The position numbers and the translations under genes are program-made. From a virus (taxonomy: Duplodnaviria > Caudoviricetes): a DNA stretch of 55,756 bases. The DNA lies in the IMG/VR virus record IMGVR_UViG_3300037882_000695, positions 1 to 55,756 of that record; one strand, given 5' to 3'. This document shows, one piece after another, positions 35,735-45,057 of the stretch; positions within the stretch are counted from its first letter, which is position 1, and the number at the start of each line of letters is the position of its first letter. The notes under the pieces were generated by a model that saw only the letters and a list, made by a program, of their open reading frames with translations, was not told the DNA's origin and did no database searches.

Positions 35735-35947
35735 TCAGTCAGTGATTTGACCATTTCTCATCGTCCTTCGTTTGAGATACTTCCGCAAATGACGCTCAAC
35801 TTCTTCCATTTTCCGTTCAGTCAAAATCTCTGAATATGTATCTGGCAGATCGTCCGTGATAAGTTCTTCCATGCGACCGGAAATGGCGTCAAGAATCATG
35901 CCTTTGGCGATTTTCTTTGGAGTTCGCGTTTTGCCGGTCGTCATCAC
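35735..35947 (-). CDS. Hypothetical protein
   Basis: GGGGAG RBS. Confidence 0.5.
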   Translation of the reverse strand: MMTTGKTRTPKKIAKGMILDAISGRMEELITDDLPDTYSEILTERKMEEVERHLRKYLKRRTMRNGQITD

Positions 35948-35976
35948 TCATCTCCCCGTTGCGTTTGTCGTGCGGT

Positions 35977-36003
35977 AAAACTTGCCGGGGAAATTCCCCG
36001 GCA
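35977..36003 (-). terminator. Intrinsic terminator-like hairpin
   Basis: TGCCGGGGA-AAT-TCCCCGGCA, followed by TTTT on the minus strand. Confidence 0.5.
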
Positions 36004-36162
36004 CTGCGAAGCGAACATCACATCGACGCGAATACGGCCGATCCAAATTCTGGGAATGCTGTTCCCATGCCGTATTTATGGCGATAGCGAGACATTGTGC
36101 GGTACACGTTGACTCCCGTGTCTTTCAGGATTCGCTCTACCACCCACAGCGCGGCCGTTGCG

Positions 36163-36453
36163 TCAATCGCCAGAATTCCAGCACCATAGACGCTTGATGA
36201 AACTTCGTTGATCTTCTGAACTGTCATGGCTGGCCCTTTTGTCACTGGCGTTTGTCGTTCGTCGCGTTTGCGATGCGGAATTGGCCATCACCCACATGCG
36301 GAACTCTGGACTGTTACGGATGGCCTCCTCAATCGCTGGTGATGCCTGTTTCGCGCCGAGGGACTTCAGGTAGTCGTTGAGTTCTGGGTGAATGCGAATC
36401 ACGCGATTTACCTTCGGGTTCGCTGCTGGTGGTCGTCCGCGTTTTTTCGTCAT
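36163..36453 (-). CDS. Ribbon-helix-helix (Arc/CopG-like) regulator
   Basis: RGRPP...VIRIHPELNDYLKSL...AIEEAI. Confidence 0.6.
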   Translation of the reverse strand: MTKKRGRPPAANPKVNRVIRIHPELNDYLKSLGAKQASPAIEEAIRNSPEFRMWVMANSASQTRRTTNASDKRASHDSSEDQRSFIKRLWCWNSGD

Positions 36454-36460
36454 TCGTTCC

Positions 36461-36646
36461 TCACGAGTTTCGTTCATTGTCGTCGATCTCTTCCATTGTC
36501 GCATTGCGTTCGTCCTCTGCAATGTCATGGTTGATTGATCTGGCGTGTGCCGCCATTTCGTCATACGGACCTACCGTGTCCACCGTGCCGCCGAGAATCA
36601 ATTCTGCCATGCCGCATTTTAAATCTCTCACGATTGCGTATACCAT
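36461..36646 (-). CDS. Hypothetical protein
   Basis: GGAG RBS, co-oriented. Confidence 0.4.
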   Translation of the reverse strand: MVYAIVRDLKCGMAELILGGTVDTVGPYDEMAAHARSINHDIAEDERNATMEEIDDNERNS

Positions 36647-36651
36647 TTTGA

Positions 36652-37290
36652 TTACCACTCCAGTTCTAATTGGTGATTCCACCCGAACTCAATTGCATCG
36701 GACCATTGTCGCGCCATCGCCGTTGCAATTCCAGGAAATGTTGTTGCCGCGATTTTTGCTCTCTGCTCTTTTTTAGTGCCAGAACATTTATGGGACCATG
36801 CCGACATTCTTGCCCCATTGCGTTTCACGTAAAACCTACCTTTATCAACAATTTGTGTTGGCGCGAGCAACGGCAAATTCGATAACCAAAGGCATGTCGG
36901 TTTTGTTGCCTCGTCACCAAACTGCCACGGGTTTATTACCTGCTGCGGCCTTCCGATTTTTCGTGACAAGATCCCCACCGGGTTTTCAATCGCTTTATGC
37001 TTGATGTTTGCGTCAAACAATCGTCTCGCGAATTCGATTGCGTCAGATGTCATCGCCCATCGTTCCGGTCGTTTATGGTTCCACCAGACACCCATGTTGC
37101 ACAAATATGTGCATGGCGGATGCGCAATCATCAGATCCCACCCGTCATTGAGCACGGATAACACATCGCATTGCAGATGATTCCCTGGAGCGTCTGATGG
37201 CTGCACATCACAAGACCACGCATCGTGCCCGAGCTCCGCAAAGGCATCTCTGACTCGCCCCGAACATTCGCACGCAACAAGCACCCGCAT
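36652..37290 (-). CDS. Phage DNA cytosine methyltransferase (C5-like)
   Basis: VLVACECSG, HPPC (PC motif), IENPVG, PWQFG, KPTCLWL. Confidence 0.85.
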   Translation of the reverse strand: MRVLVACECSGRVRDAFAELGHDAWSCDVQPSDAPGNHLQCDVLSVLNDGWDLMIAHPPCTYLCNMGVWWNHKRPERWAMTSDAIEFARRLFDANIKHKAIENPVGILSRKIGRPQQVINPWQFGDEATKPTCLWLSNLPLLAPTQIVDKGRFYVKRNGARMSAWSHKCSGTKKEQRAKIAATTFPGIATAMARQWSDAIEFGWNHQLELEW

Positions 37291-37292
37291 GA

Positions 37293-37472
37293 TTACACAA
37301 CCCCCAATCGTGATTCGTGGAACTGTTCCTGCACACCATTAAGCTCAACGGTATAAATCCCGCGAGTTCCGTTGATTGTTTGTGGGCCACTGACGATTGT
37401 TGCAACCGAACCAGCCTTGATTGCAGATCCAACTGATTTACCAACCCTGACTGATTGTCCGATCTGAAACAT
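37293..37472 (-). CDS. Small KOW/SH3-like protein (59 aa, below the ORF-track cutoff)
   Basis: MFQIGQSVRV...YTVEL....QFHESRL; AAAGGAA RBS; ends 2 nt before the MTase start. Confidence 0.65.
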   Translation of the reverse strand: MFQIGQSVRVGKSVGSAIKAGSVATIVSGPQTINGTRGIYTVELNGVQEQFHESRLGVV

Positions 37473-37516
37473 TTGTCGTTTCCTTTGTTCGTTGTCATCG
37501 TTGCGTCACGTCAGGT

Positions 37517-37594
37517 ATTTTATCGACAGCCGCATTTGTTGCAATGCGTAAATCATCGGGAAACGAAATAATTTCAGAAATATTTTGCAATGCG
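37517..37594 (-). promoter_or_regulatory. Promoter with overlapping operator-like palindrome
   Basis: TTGCAA-16-TAAAAT; CGCATT-N6-AATGCG at 37531-37548; second TTGCAATGCG at 37585-37594. Confidence 0.45.
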
Positions 37595-37730
37595 ACAATC
37601 CGCGCGACGTAACCCGCGAACGTCAATAGCCTTGCCACGCGCGACGAATTTACGCTATTTTGATCCGCGCGGTACATTCTGCCGTTGTTGAGTACCGGGG
37701 TTGGTTCTTGTCGCGGAAATGGGGTGAATC

Positions 37731-38093
37731 ATGCGCGGTTTACTGCTGGCGTCTGTTGTGTTGTTGATGGGTGGTGTGGCGAGTGCTGATGTGACGATTT
37801 CAGCCAGCGGATTCCCGCAGAATCATCCTGGCAACGGCACGTTCACGTTGACTCAGATCAAAAATCCGACTACCGGAAAACTGATCGACTGCTGGGCACA
37901 GAATGGCGACAACAACGGATGGGTTGCTTCGTACTCGGCGAGCGGCGAGATCCTGACTGTGACTTACTGCCGAAACGGATTCCCGAACGCAGTCTATCGA
38001 GTCACAGGAACTACATTGTCGGCGCAGAACATTGGACTGAGTACATCTACTGTTGGCCGGGAGGTTCCTCAGTCGGTTTCGTTTCAGCCGTAG
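37731..38093 (+). CDS. Secreted protein (moron-like)
   Basis: Signal peptide MRGLLLASVVLLMGGVASA; opposite orientation to its neighbours. Confidence 0.7.
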   Translation: MRGLLLASVVLLMGGVASADVTISASGFPQNHPGNGTFTLTQIKNPTTGKLIDCWAQNGDNNGWVASYSASGEILTVTYCRNGFPNAVYRVTGTTLSAQNIGLSTSTVGREVPQSVSFQP

Positions 38094-38172
38094 GCCCGTC
38101 CGTGTCGGTGTTGTAGCAGTCTTCGAAGTTGAAAATGTCGCCGATTATGTACCAGAGAACGTCTAGATTCAT
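38047..38172 (-). CDS. Possible 41-aa peptide coupled to the glycosyltransferase
   Basis: ATGA overlap; MNLDVLWYIIGDIFNFEDCYNTDTDGPTAETKPTEEPPGQQ. Confidence 0.3.
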   Translation of the reverse strand: MNLDVLWYIIGDIFNFEDCYNTDTDGPTAETKPTEEPPGQQ

Positions 38173-39488
38173 TGCCGCGCCCTTTTGATTGCCTCATCGA
38201 GAATCGATTCCGTTGTCAGGTATCCGTGACCGGCCACGCGGATGATCTCCAGCCAACTTGCGTGTGACGCCTCGTGGTTTAGCCGTGCAACGATTGCCGG
38301 TCGTTTTTCCGTATCGCAAATATCCGCGCCCCATTGGTTCATTTTCCGACGCCACTCAATACATGCTTGGCATGTTGTCTCTGGAATGCCGCATTCCTTG
38401 AGGATCTCCGCGAGTTTGTCGCCAACCGTGCTTGAGCTGAATTCCCGCCGAGTCTGAATGAACGTCTGGGCGAATAGTTTTTCGGTCATGCCTGATTCCA
38501 AGAAATGCCGTTTGCACGAGTCGAACCACTGAGAATCCCCATTGCCAGTGTCGAGCCACGTTATCAGGTGACCGCGTAATCGTTCTTCTGGTGCGAGCCC
38601 TGGTGGACGTGTGCCGTCAGGATTGCCGAACCGATGACACCATTTGAGAAACGGCAGGCAAAAGACCTTTCCGCCGTTCCGTCGAATCCGCTGGTGGATG
38701 TGCCACTCCTCCGGCCCGAAACCGCGTAGTAGCGGATGAAATCCCGGCCATTGGTCTCTTTTACAAGCGAAAAGTCCGCAGCCGTGCATCTGGATTTCGA
38801 ATGGTTCGAGCGATTCGTGAACCCGCTGGTCTGTGTGCCATTGACCGTACATGAGCGACCCCCAGCCCGGGCGCATCTCGGTTCCGATAATGTCGTCAAG
38901 ACCGCCGTCACCAATCAATGGTCCGTGAATCAGGTCTTTGCAGTCATTCGGCTGTTGGCGAATCCACCCAAGAAACAAATCGAGAACCATCATCGGTAGC
39001 AAAACGTGGCAATCGAGCACGAGCACCCATTGTCCGGTAGCTACGTCAAATATGCGACCCTTTGCCGCTGCCGTTCCAGCGACCGCCGTAAAGTGGTCGT
39101 ACGTTGCTCCGATTCTATTGCAAAGCCGCTTTGCCTTACCTGAATGGCTATCTTCGCTTGGGTCGTCTGGGTTGCCAGCAGGATCGTTGTCTATCACGAC
39201 GATCTCAACGTATTCCATCGCCGCCTGATGATGCACGCGCAAACTTTGAATCGTCGCCCACAGTCCCGGCCAATCGCGATAGTACGCCATGCCGATCGTT
39301 AGCAGGGTTTGTTTTTGTCCAGTTCGTTCCGTGTGAAACTCGCACGTATCGCAGACCGGCATGAGCGACCCGTCGAGCATCTTTCGGCCCGCGTCGTGTT
39401 CCGTGCAAATGCCGCGTTTCTGGCAGTTCCAAACTACGAGACTTCCACCGATTGTCGCATTCTCGCCACGTCGATTACCGCATGTCAT
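38169..39488 (-). CDS. GT2-family glycosyltransferase with Cys-rich terminal domains
   Basis: LLTIGMAYY, EIVVIDND, VLVLDCH (DxH), GCGLFAC, GFGPEE. Confidence 0.85.
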   Translation of the reverse strand: MTCGNRRGENATIGGSLVVWNCQKRGICTEHDAGRKMLDGSLMPVCDTCEFHTERTGQKQTLLTIGMAYYRDWPGLWATIQSLRVHHQAAMEYVEIVVIDNDPAGNPDDPSEDSHSGKAKRLCNRIGATYDHFTAVAGTAAAKGRIFDVATGQWVLVLDCHVLLPMMVLDLFLGWIRQQPNDCKDLIHGPLIGDGGLDDIIGTEMRPGWGSLMYGQWHTDQRVHESLEPFEIQMHGCGLFACKRDQWPGFHPLLRGFGPEEWHIHQRIRRNGGKVFCLPFLKWCHRFGNPDGTRPPGLAPEERLRGHLITWLDTGNGDSQWFDSCKRHFLESGMTEKLFAQTFIQTRREFSSSTVGDKLAEILKECGIPETTCQACIEWRRKMNQWGADICDTEKRPAIVARLNHEASHASWLEIIRVAGHGYLTTESILDEAIKRARQ

Positions 39489-41011
39489 ATCGAGACCTCG
39501 CAGTTCGTGGTTGCGGTTTCGCCGTCAAATGATCCTGAGAATCCCGGAGGAGTGACACACGCCGCGCACGGCACGACACACGTTGATGCGGTGTTCATCC
39601 ACACTCCTGATGTCCATGTCCATGTGCATCCGTTAGGAACGCACCCTGCTGTTGTCGTAGATTCAGTTGTTGTTGAGGAAGCGGTGGTTGTTGATCCTGT
39701 CGTTGTACTGGCGGTCGTTGTCGACGCCGTTGTAGTGCTGCCAGTCGTGCTCGCCGTGGTAGTCGACCCTGTTGTCGTGCTGGTCGTTGTCGGCGTGTCT
39801 GTGTCCGGTTCGAGCGTCTTCCCGCAAACTCGCCGACCGCACCACACCGAACCACCAGAGAACGGCATGGCGTCAGAAAACAGGTAGTCATCACCGAGAG
39901 CAAGTGGTGTCGGCGGATAAAAAAAGTATGCCGCCGATAGATCGGTCGTACTTCGCAGTCGCGTAAGGAATTCTGTTTTTGTGCCGACTCGATCACTGAG
40001 CACCATCAGCGATTCCGCTGATGTGATTTTTTGAGTGTAGTTTCCCGTGCCGTTGATCGTGTACTTTCGAATTTCGGTTCCGTTGCTGCATATCAGTTGG
40101 TCTCCCAGCGTTCGCAATCTCAGCGGTTGAAAACCGTCGCGAATTATCGGGACGTTCAAAAACGTGCCGTCTGCGGACCAACTTGCAACCTTGTCGCCAT
40201 CTGGAGTTGTGCCGGATCTTAGGATTCCGTATTGGATATCATCATCATCAATCCACACTGGTTCAGCGTTGTTTGTTTGCTCGCCCCACACAAAGTTTCC
40301 GTCATGATCCAGCACGATTATTGGATAGTGCGTCGTGGCCTCGCCGTATCCCGTGAACAACAATCGCGTCGGTCCAGCACCAACAAATACCCCAACGTCT
40401 CCGTAGTCCGTGTTGATCGCAGTGATGTCCAGATCCCAAATCGGCGTTCCGTCTGTTGGCGAATGCCGTCTGGCATAGCAATGATCGTCGACCATTCCAT
40501 ATTGCGTAAACACGTTCGCACCGCCACAGCGAACTTTTGTTGTGCCATAATCCGTGTCTCGAACACTTCCAGACACAAACCCGTCTGGGTACTTCGCCCA
40601 TGACCACTGAAGATTTCCAGTCGAGTCATACGACCGCAACGAATACATTTTTCGCTGCGGCTTACTTAGGCTGGTCTCGAGCTTGGCCGAACGAAACGCG
40701 CATTGATAGACGTTGCCAGCGGAATCTGCGTCACATGCGTTTACTAGCGGCCACGGACCAGCAGTTGAGTACCAATCGTCAAGTTGTTTTTCTGGAACGC
40801 CTTCATAAAAATCCGCAGTCCAGATAATTTCGTCGCCGACAACGTACCAGAGCGTGCCGCAACAGGGGGGGCAGCAATCGCATGATCCAGCGTCATCCGG
40901 CCAATTGATGCGACGGCTAACATTCCTCAACGCTGGATCATTCTCGGTCTTGCGAATTGACCGAGACGCACGATTCAGAAAGTCTTTCGATACAAGGAAT
41001 CCATCAGACAT
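39485..41011 (-). CDS. Tail-tip-region protein: beta-propeller-like domain, Thr/Ser-rich linker, Cys-rich C-terminus
   Basis: DSAGNVY/DSTGNLQW/DHDGNFVW repeats; last gene of the tail operon. Confidence 0.7.
   Translation of the reverse strand: MSDGFLVSKDFLNRASRSIRKTENDPALRNVSRRINWPDDAGSCDCCPPCCGTLWYVVGDEIIWTADFYEGVPEKQLDDWYSTAGPWPLVNACDADSAGNVYQCAFRSAKLETSLSKPQRKMYSLRSYDSTGNLQWSWAKYPDGFVSGSVRDTDYGTTKVRCGGANVFTQYGMVDDHCYARRHSPTDGTPIWDLDITAINTDYGDVGVFVGAGPTRLLFTGYGEATTHYPIIVLDHDGNFVWGEQTNNAEPVWIDDDDIQYGILRSGTTPDGDKVASWSADGTFLNVPIIRDGFQPLRLRTLGDQLICSNGTEIRKYTINGTGNYTQKITSAESLMVLSDRVGTKTEFLTRLRSTTDLSAAYFFYPPTPLALGDDYLFSDAMPFSGGSVWCGRRVCGKTLEPDTDTPTTTSTTTGSTTTASTTGSTTTASTTTASTTTGSTTTASSTTTESTTTAGCVPNGCTWTWTSGVWMNTASTCVVPCAACVTPPGFSGSFDGETATTNCEVSI
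39647..39803 (-). repeat. Mucin-like TTT[A/G/E]S tract
   Basis: TTTTSTTTGSTTTASTTGSTTTASTTTASTTTGSTTTASSTTTESTTT, encoded with varied codons. Confidence 0.9.
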
Positions 41012-41934
41012 TAGACCCCCAGACCGAACAGACTAAAGTCATATTCCTCGTAGTAGTCGACATCCACGAACTTGCACCCATCGGGACGATCCGAATACGG
41101 AACGACCTTCCCGTTCGTTTTCGTTGCGTCGGCCGCTTCAGACGCCGCATTGTATAGCGGTTCCGGCTCCTGAACTGGTGTCGTATCAGTGCTCCCTGTC
41201 TGTAGGTCTGCAACCGTAATTCTTTTGAGTGTCCCACCAGTGATCTTGCGGAAAAACCCAGCGTTAACCGGCTTCGGCTGATGCCCATCCTTGCGATACT
41301 GAAACGTGTACGTCACATCCCAGAACGCAAACGCCCCTTCGTATTTTTGCTCTGCGTCAATGTCGACTTGAACAGTTCCACGAGCGCCGCCGAGGTATGG
41401 ATAGAGATTTACTCGCCCGCTCAGTCCGAGTACGGTCGATTTGTCAAAGTCCGCATCGGCCACGCAACGTCTGGCGATTGCCGTGCCGAATCGCACATCA
41501 ACCGGAACGCCACCCTCAAACGGTTGCCCGATGGAATTGACGATCAGCTTGTCAAGACGATCCTTGATGACGTACGTTGACTGAATGTTCGGCCGCAATG
41601 ACCACAGAATCCGCCGCGTCGTCGGATCCGTCGAATTCTCCGCTGGCAATGGTGCATTCGTTGCCCATGTGATCTGGACGTGATAGCACAGATACGGAGG
41701 CCGCGTCATTTCTGGACCGGGACCGATACGCACCTTTGACGCTGTTGCGTTCGGATCGTTGTCGTATGGAGATCCAGGAACAATCCCGATGTCCGCGATG
41801 ATGTCCGATTCTGTCGGTCGCGTCATCGAGTTTGTTTTGTACTGGTACGTTCGCGAATAGGTGTTGACGATCCGGCCATTACTTTCGACGGACGAATCAG
41901 CTTCCTCAGCGATTGGGTTAATCCAGACCGTCAT
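41011..41934 (-). CDS. Minor tail protein (distal tail/hub candidate)
   Basis: Position after the tape measure; IVNSIGQPF motif. Confidence 0.6.
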   Translation of the reverse strand: MTVWINPIAEEADSSVESNGRIVNTYSRTYQYKTNSMTRPTESDIIADIGIVPGSPYDNDPNATASKVRIGPGPEMTRPPYLCYHVQITWATNAPLPAENSTDPTTRRILWSLRPNIQSTYVIKDRLDKLIVNSIGQPFEGGVPVDVRFGTAIARRCVADADFDKSTVLGLSGRVNLYPYLGGARGTVQVDIDAEQKYEGAFAFWDVTYTFQYRKDGHQPKPVNAGFFRKITGGTLKRITVADLQTGSTDTTPVQEPEPLYNAASEAADATKTNGKVVPYSDRPDGCKFVDVDYYEEYDFSLFGLGV

Positions 41935-42224
41935 CGCGGCACCTCATCTGGTCGCTCAATATTCATCAGCACTTGACCGCGCGGATTGATATGAACTTTC
42001 GCAGTGCCGTTGTCGACGTATTCAGCCGCAGTGTCGTCCGGCAGATCGACGATGGAACCGACAGGAAAATAATGACCGGTCGGAACTTGAACCGCGTGAA
42101 CTTCGACAGCATCCGCTTCGAATGATGGCATTCGCGGGACAGTGCGTATCTGTAGCCGACCCCATGCCGCTTTCGGAATGGCTTTGATGTCAACGTCGCA
42201 CGGTTTGACGAATTCGATTCGCAT
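41931..42224 (-). CDS. Hypothetical tail-region protein
   Basis: TGATG-coupled start MRIEFVKP. Confidence 0.55.
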   Translation of the reverse strand: MRIEFVKPCDVDIKAIPKAAWGRLQIRTVPRMPSFEADAVEVHAVQVPTGHYFPVGSIVDLPDDTAAEYVDNGTAKVHINPRGQVLMNIERPDEVPR

Positions 42225-42682
42225 CAGACTGGAGCACTCGTTTCTTGAATCGTGGCGTAAGCGAATGGACCGACCATGCCGGTTGATGACGATACCGTCA
42301 GCACGACAGTCAACCTGTCGCCAGCAACTAACGATGGAACGCCTGATAACGTCGCGTCCTGCACCTGCGCATCGGTCGTTGCATTCGTGATTGTGATGAC
42401 CGACGAAAGCACTGTCGTGCCATTTTTCTTTAGGTCGAACGTGACGCTGGCGGATGATCCAGTATCGATACACATCGCGTGGAAGCCCTTGACGACTCCC
42501 GTACCTGTCGCGACGTAGATACACTCCTCACGCGTTGTTGGAGTGGCACCCACCGCAAACCCAAGATTCGTTCCGGGCTTGAAACAGTGCCGCATTGATT
42601 CGGCGAGAATGTCTGCCGTCGTTGAAATGTCAGAACCGATAACGGTTCCTGGTTTGAGTCTGCCGCCAGTCATGTCGCCCAT
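42224..42682 (-). CDS. Minor tail protein
   Basis: VTFDLKKNGTTVLS...LVAGDRL beta-sandwich motif. Confidence 0.65.
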   Translation of the reverse strand: MGDMTGGRLKPGTVIGSDISTTADILAESMRHCFKPGTNLGFAVGATPTTREECIYVATGTGVVKGFHAMCIDTGSSASVTFDLKKNGTTVLSSVITITNATTDAQVQDATLSGVPSLVAGDRLTVVLTVSSSTGMVGPFAYATIQETSAPV

Positions 42683-42692
42683 GTGATATCCC

Positions 42693-44384
42693 TTAAACGA
42701 CGCCGCTCACTTCGAGCTTAGTTGGTTGTTTCGAAAGGTTTTGGTTCACCTTTTTGAGTTCCTTGACAACATCTTTTTGACCATCTCCAGCTACTGCCGT
42801 TCCGGTGACACCACGTAGCACAAGCTCCGCGCCCTTCTTCGATCCTTCGAGCGTGGCTTCGTTGTCTTTTTGCTTTCCGGCCTTGTCCGCTGTTCCACCC
42901 TTGCTTTCGTCCTGCAACTTGTTCAACTCGTCAGTGAGTTTTCCAATTTCTGCAATTTGCGTCTCGTCGTATCCTTGTCGCGATAGTTCCCTCATCGCGA
43001 TTTCGCCCTTGGATGCCGCGCCGGTCATCATGTCAATCTGGTCCCGCAGCGAGTTAATTTTGCTCGCTCCGGTTTCTGATCGACGGTTTGATTCTTCCGC
43101 AGCCTGCTGCTGTGCTCGCTCAGCGTCCTGTTGCAGCTTCTGCTGTTCAGTCAGATCCCTGCGAGCTTCGAGAATTCGGCGAAGTTCGTTGACTTGCTCC
43201 GCACCGGCCCCCATCCCGACAGCTTGGTCAATCTGCGCCTGAATTGGGTCTTTCTGCTGATTGAGTTGCTTGTTCGCATCGTCAATCATCTTCTGCACAG
43301 GATCGTCTTTTGGCTTCAGCGTTCCGCCCTGAATCGCTGCCCGTTGCTTCTCGATGGCTCCAGTAATTGCCGCAATTTCGGCCTGCCATTCCTTCGACTT
43401 TTGCGTGTTGGCGTCGACGTTTGCTGCACGCTGTTTCAGTGCGACCATTTCAGCATCGAGAGCCTCGACGGACGAAATACCGCCGAGGCGCGTAACTTCC
43501 GCCTGAGTCTTCTGAGATGCTGCTGCACGCTCTGACGCAGCGACAATGTCCTTGAGGACAGACCGCTGCTGTTCCTGCTTAGAGATGACGTTGGCGGTCT
43601 CCGCAGCTAGTGCGTTTAGCGCCTGACCTTCCTCATAAAACGCTGCCGCCTGATTCGAGTCAGCGCCGTGCCATATTGCCAGAGCGGTACCAAATACCAG
43701 ACCGGCTTCACGCGCGGCACCCGTGGCAGATGTTAGCGCTGAACTCGTAGAACTCGCCCAACTGGTGACTGTAGACGCACCGTAATCAACGACCTCGGAA
43801 AGGCTTGAAAATCCAGTCGTGAACTGCAACACCGACTCTGCCGATGCGCGGATTCCTCCGAAAAACTCACCGCTGATGGTGCTGACGAGTTGTGAGAATG
43901 AACTACCGACGCTGCCGAGAGATTGCATCATTGCCGAGTTCACCGACAGATGCTTTTGAACGGTCCCAATGGCCTCATCGCCAGCGAGTTTGTAGGCAAC
44001 GTATGCTGTCGGTAGTTGCCCCAGAATCATTTGTGCCAGACTGCCCATCGCTGATGATTGGCCCGTCGCGGCTTGCGTTAGTTGCTGGGTTGCTGGCACT
44101 GCGTTCTTGTTTTCGTCTCGCAGAGTTTTAACGGCCAGTCCAGCAAGTTCCGTGTACCGTGCTCGCCCCTCGTTTCCGTATGGGTTGAACAGAACTTGGT
44201 TCCACAACAACCCAACTTCTTTCAGTGACGACTTCGCATCATTGAGAGATCCGATTGAATCGCGAACCTTGGAAACGCTTTGTTGAGCAGCACCGGCGAA
44301 CCCGTCAAGATGTGCTTTCGCCTCGCTAATTGGTGCGACCCAATCGGCGATATCCATCACAAGACGCTTTACAATGTCGCCCAT
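42693..44384 (-). CDS. Tape measure protein
   Basis: Ala/Gln-rich helical 563 aa, directly after the frameshifted chaperones. Confidence 0.8.
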   Translation of the reverse strand: MGDIVKRLVMDIADWVAPISEAKAHLDGFAGAAQQSVSKVRDSIGSLNDAKSSLKEVGLLWNQVLFNPYGNEGRARYTELAGLAVKTLRDENKNAVPATQQLTQAATGQSSAMGSLAQMILGQLPTAYVAYKLAGDEAIGTVQKHLSVNSAMMQSLGSVGSSFSQLVSTISGEFFGGIRASAESVLQFTTGFSSLSEVVDYGASTVTSWASSTSSALTSATGAAREAGLVFGTALAIWHGADSNQAAAFYEEGQALNALAAETANVISKQEQQRSVLKDIVAASERAAASQKTQAEVTRLGGISSVEALDAEMVALKQRAANVDANTQKSKEWQAEIAAITGAIEKQRAAIQGGTLKPKDDPVQKMIDDANKQLNQQKDPIQAQIDQAVGMGAGAEQVNELRRILEARRDLTEQQKLQQDAERAQQQAAEESNRRSETGASKINSLRDQIDMMTGAASKGEIAMRELSRQGYDETQIAEIGKLTDELNKLQDESKGGTADKAGKQKDNEATLEGSKKGAELVLRGVTGTAVAGDGQKDVVKELKKVNQNLSKQPTKLEVSGVV

Positions 44385-44734
44385 TACTTACCCCGTTGTT
44401 TTTTGATCTCAGCAGCTTGCTCTGGGGTCAAAACAGGCTCTTCTTTTGGCTGGTTGATCCTCAGATAGTTCCTGACGTTATCGCCGACCTGCTGATACAG
44501 CTCGTCTCGCTCACCTGGTGCAATCAGCCTCGCCAACTGTGAAGCCAATGCCGCCGCTCGCATGTCTCCGCGTTCTTCTCCAATCGGGTCAAGAATCTGG
44601 CAAATTTGCTGAACAGCCCATTCATACGGCGTGTGTGAATCACGAAGCTTTGCCCAATCGAGCGGATGGTATTTCCCGACAGCGAACGCCAGCCGACGAG
44701 CTAGCAAAAGCTCGCTGTCCTCGGCTAGTTTTTT
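44384..44734 (-). CDS. Tail assembly chaperone extension (gpGT-like, -1 frameshift product)
   Basis: The -1 frame is open from the slippery A AAA AAC into LAEDSELLLARRLAF. Confidence 0.75.
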   Translation of the reverse strand, partial: KKLAEDSELLLARRLAFAVGKYHPLDWAKLRDSHTPYEWAVQQICQILDPIGEERGDMRAAALASQLARLIAPGERDELYQQVGDNVRNYLRINQPKEEPVLTPEQAAEIKKQRGK

Positions 44735-45057
44735 TCAAGTTCCTCGACGATGTATCCGCTGACCTTACGGACAGCCGCGTAAATTTCCTTTTTGGTGATA
44801 TGCGGAACGTCGACGGTTTCGGCCGCAACACGTTCTGCGAATGCCCTATCTGATTCACCTTCATTCGGCGCGAATGCTGGATTGCCTACGTCATCCAACA
44901 GCACGAGCCCCAAAATGAACTCGTCTGGCGCGTCAGTCAGATCGGAGAGCCGCTTGATATCCGCTTTCGACATGGCGCGAATGGAAACAGTTTCATCCCC
45001 GATTGTCACCGGAAACGCACGCCGTTTTTTGATCTTATCGAGCGTCGACAGTGCCAT
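44725..45057 (-). CDS. Tail assembly chaperone (gpG-like)
   Basis: Ends GAA AAA AAC TAG; upstream of the tape measure. Confidence 0.75.
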   Translation of the reverse strand: MALSTLDKIKKRRAFPVTIGDETVSIRAMSKADIKRLSDLTDAPDEFILGLVLLDDVGNPAFAPNEGESDRAFAERVAAETVDVPHITKKEIYAAVRKVSGYIVEELEKN

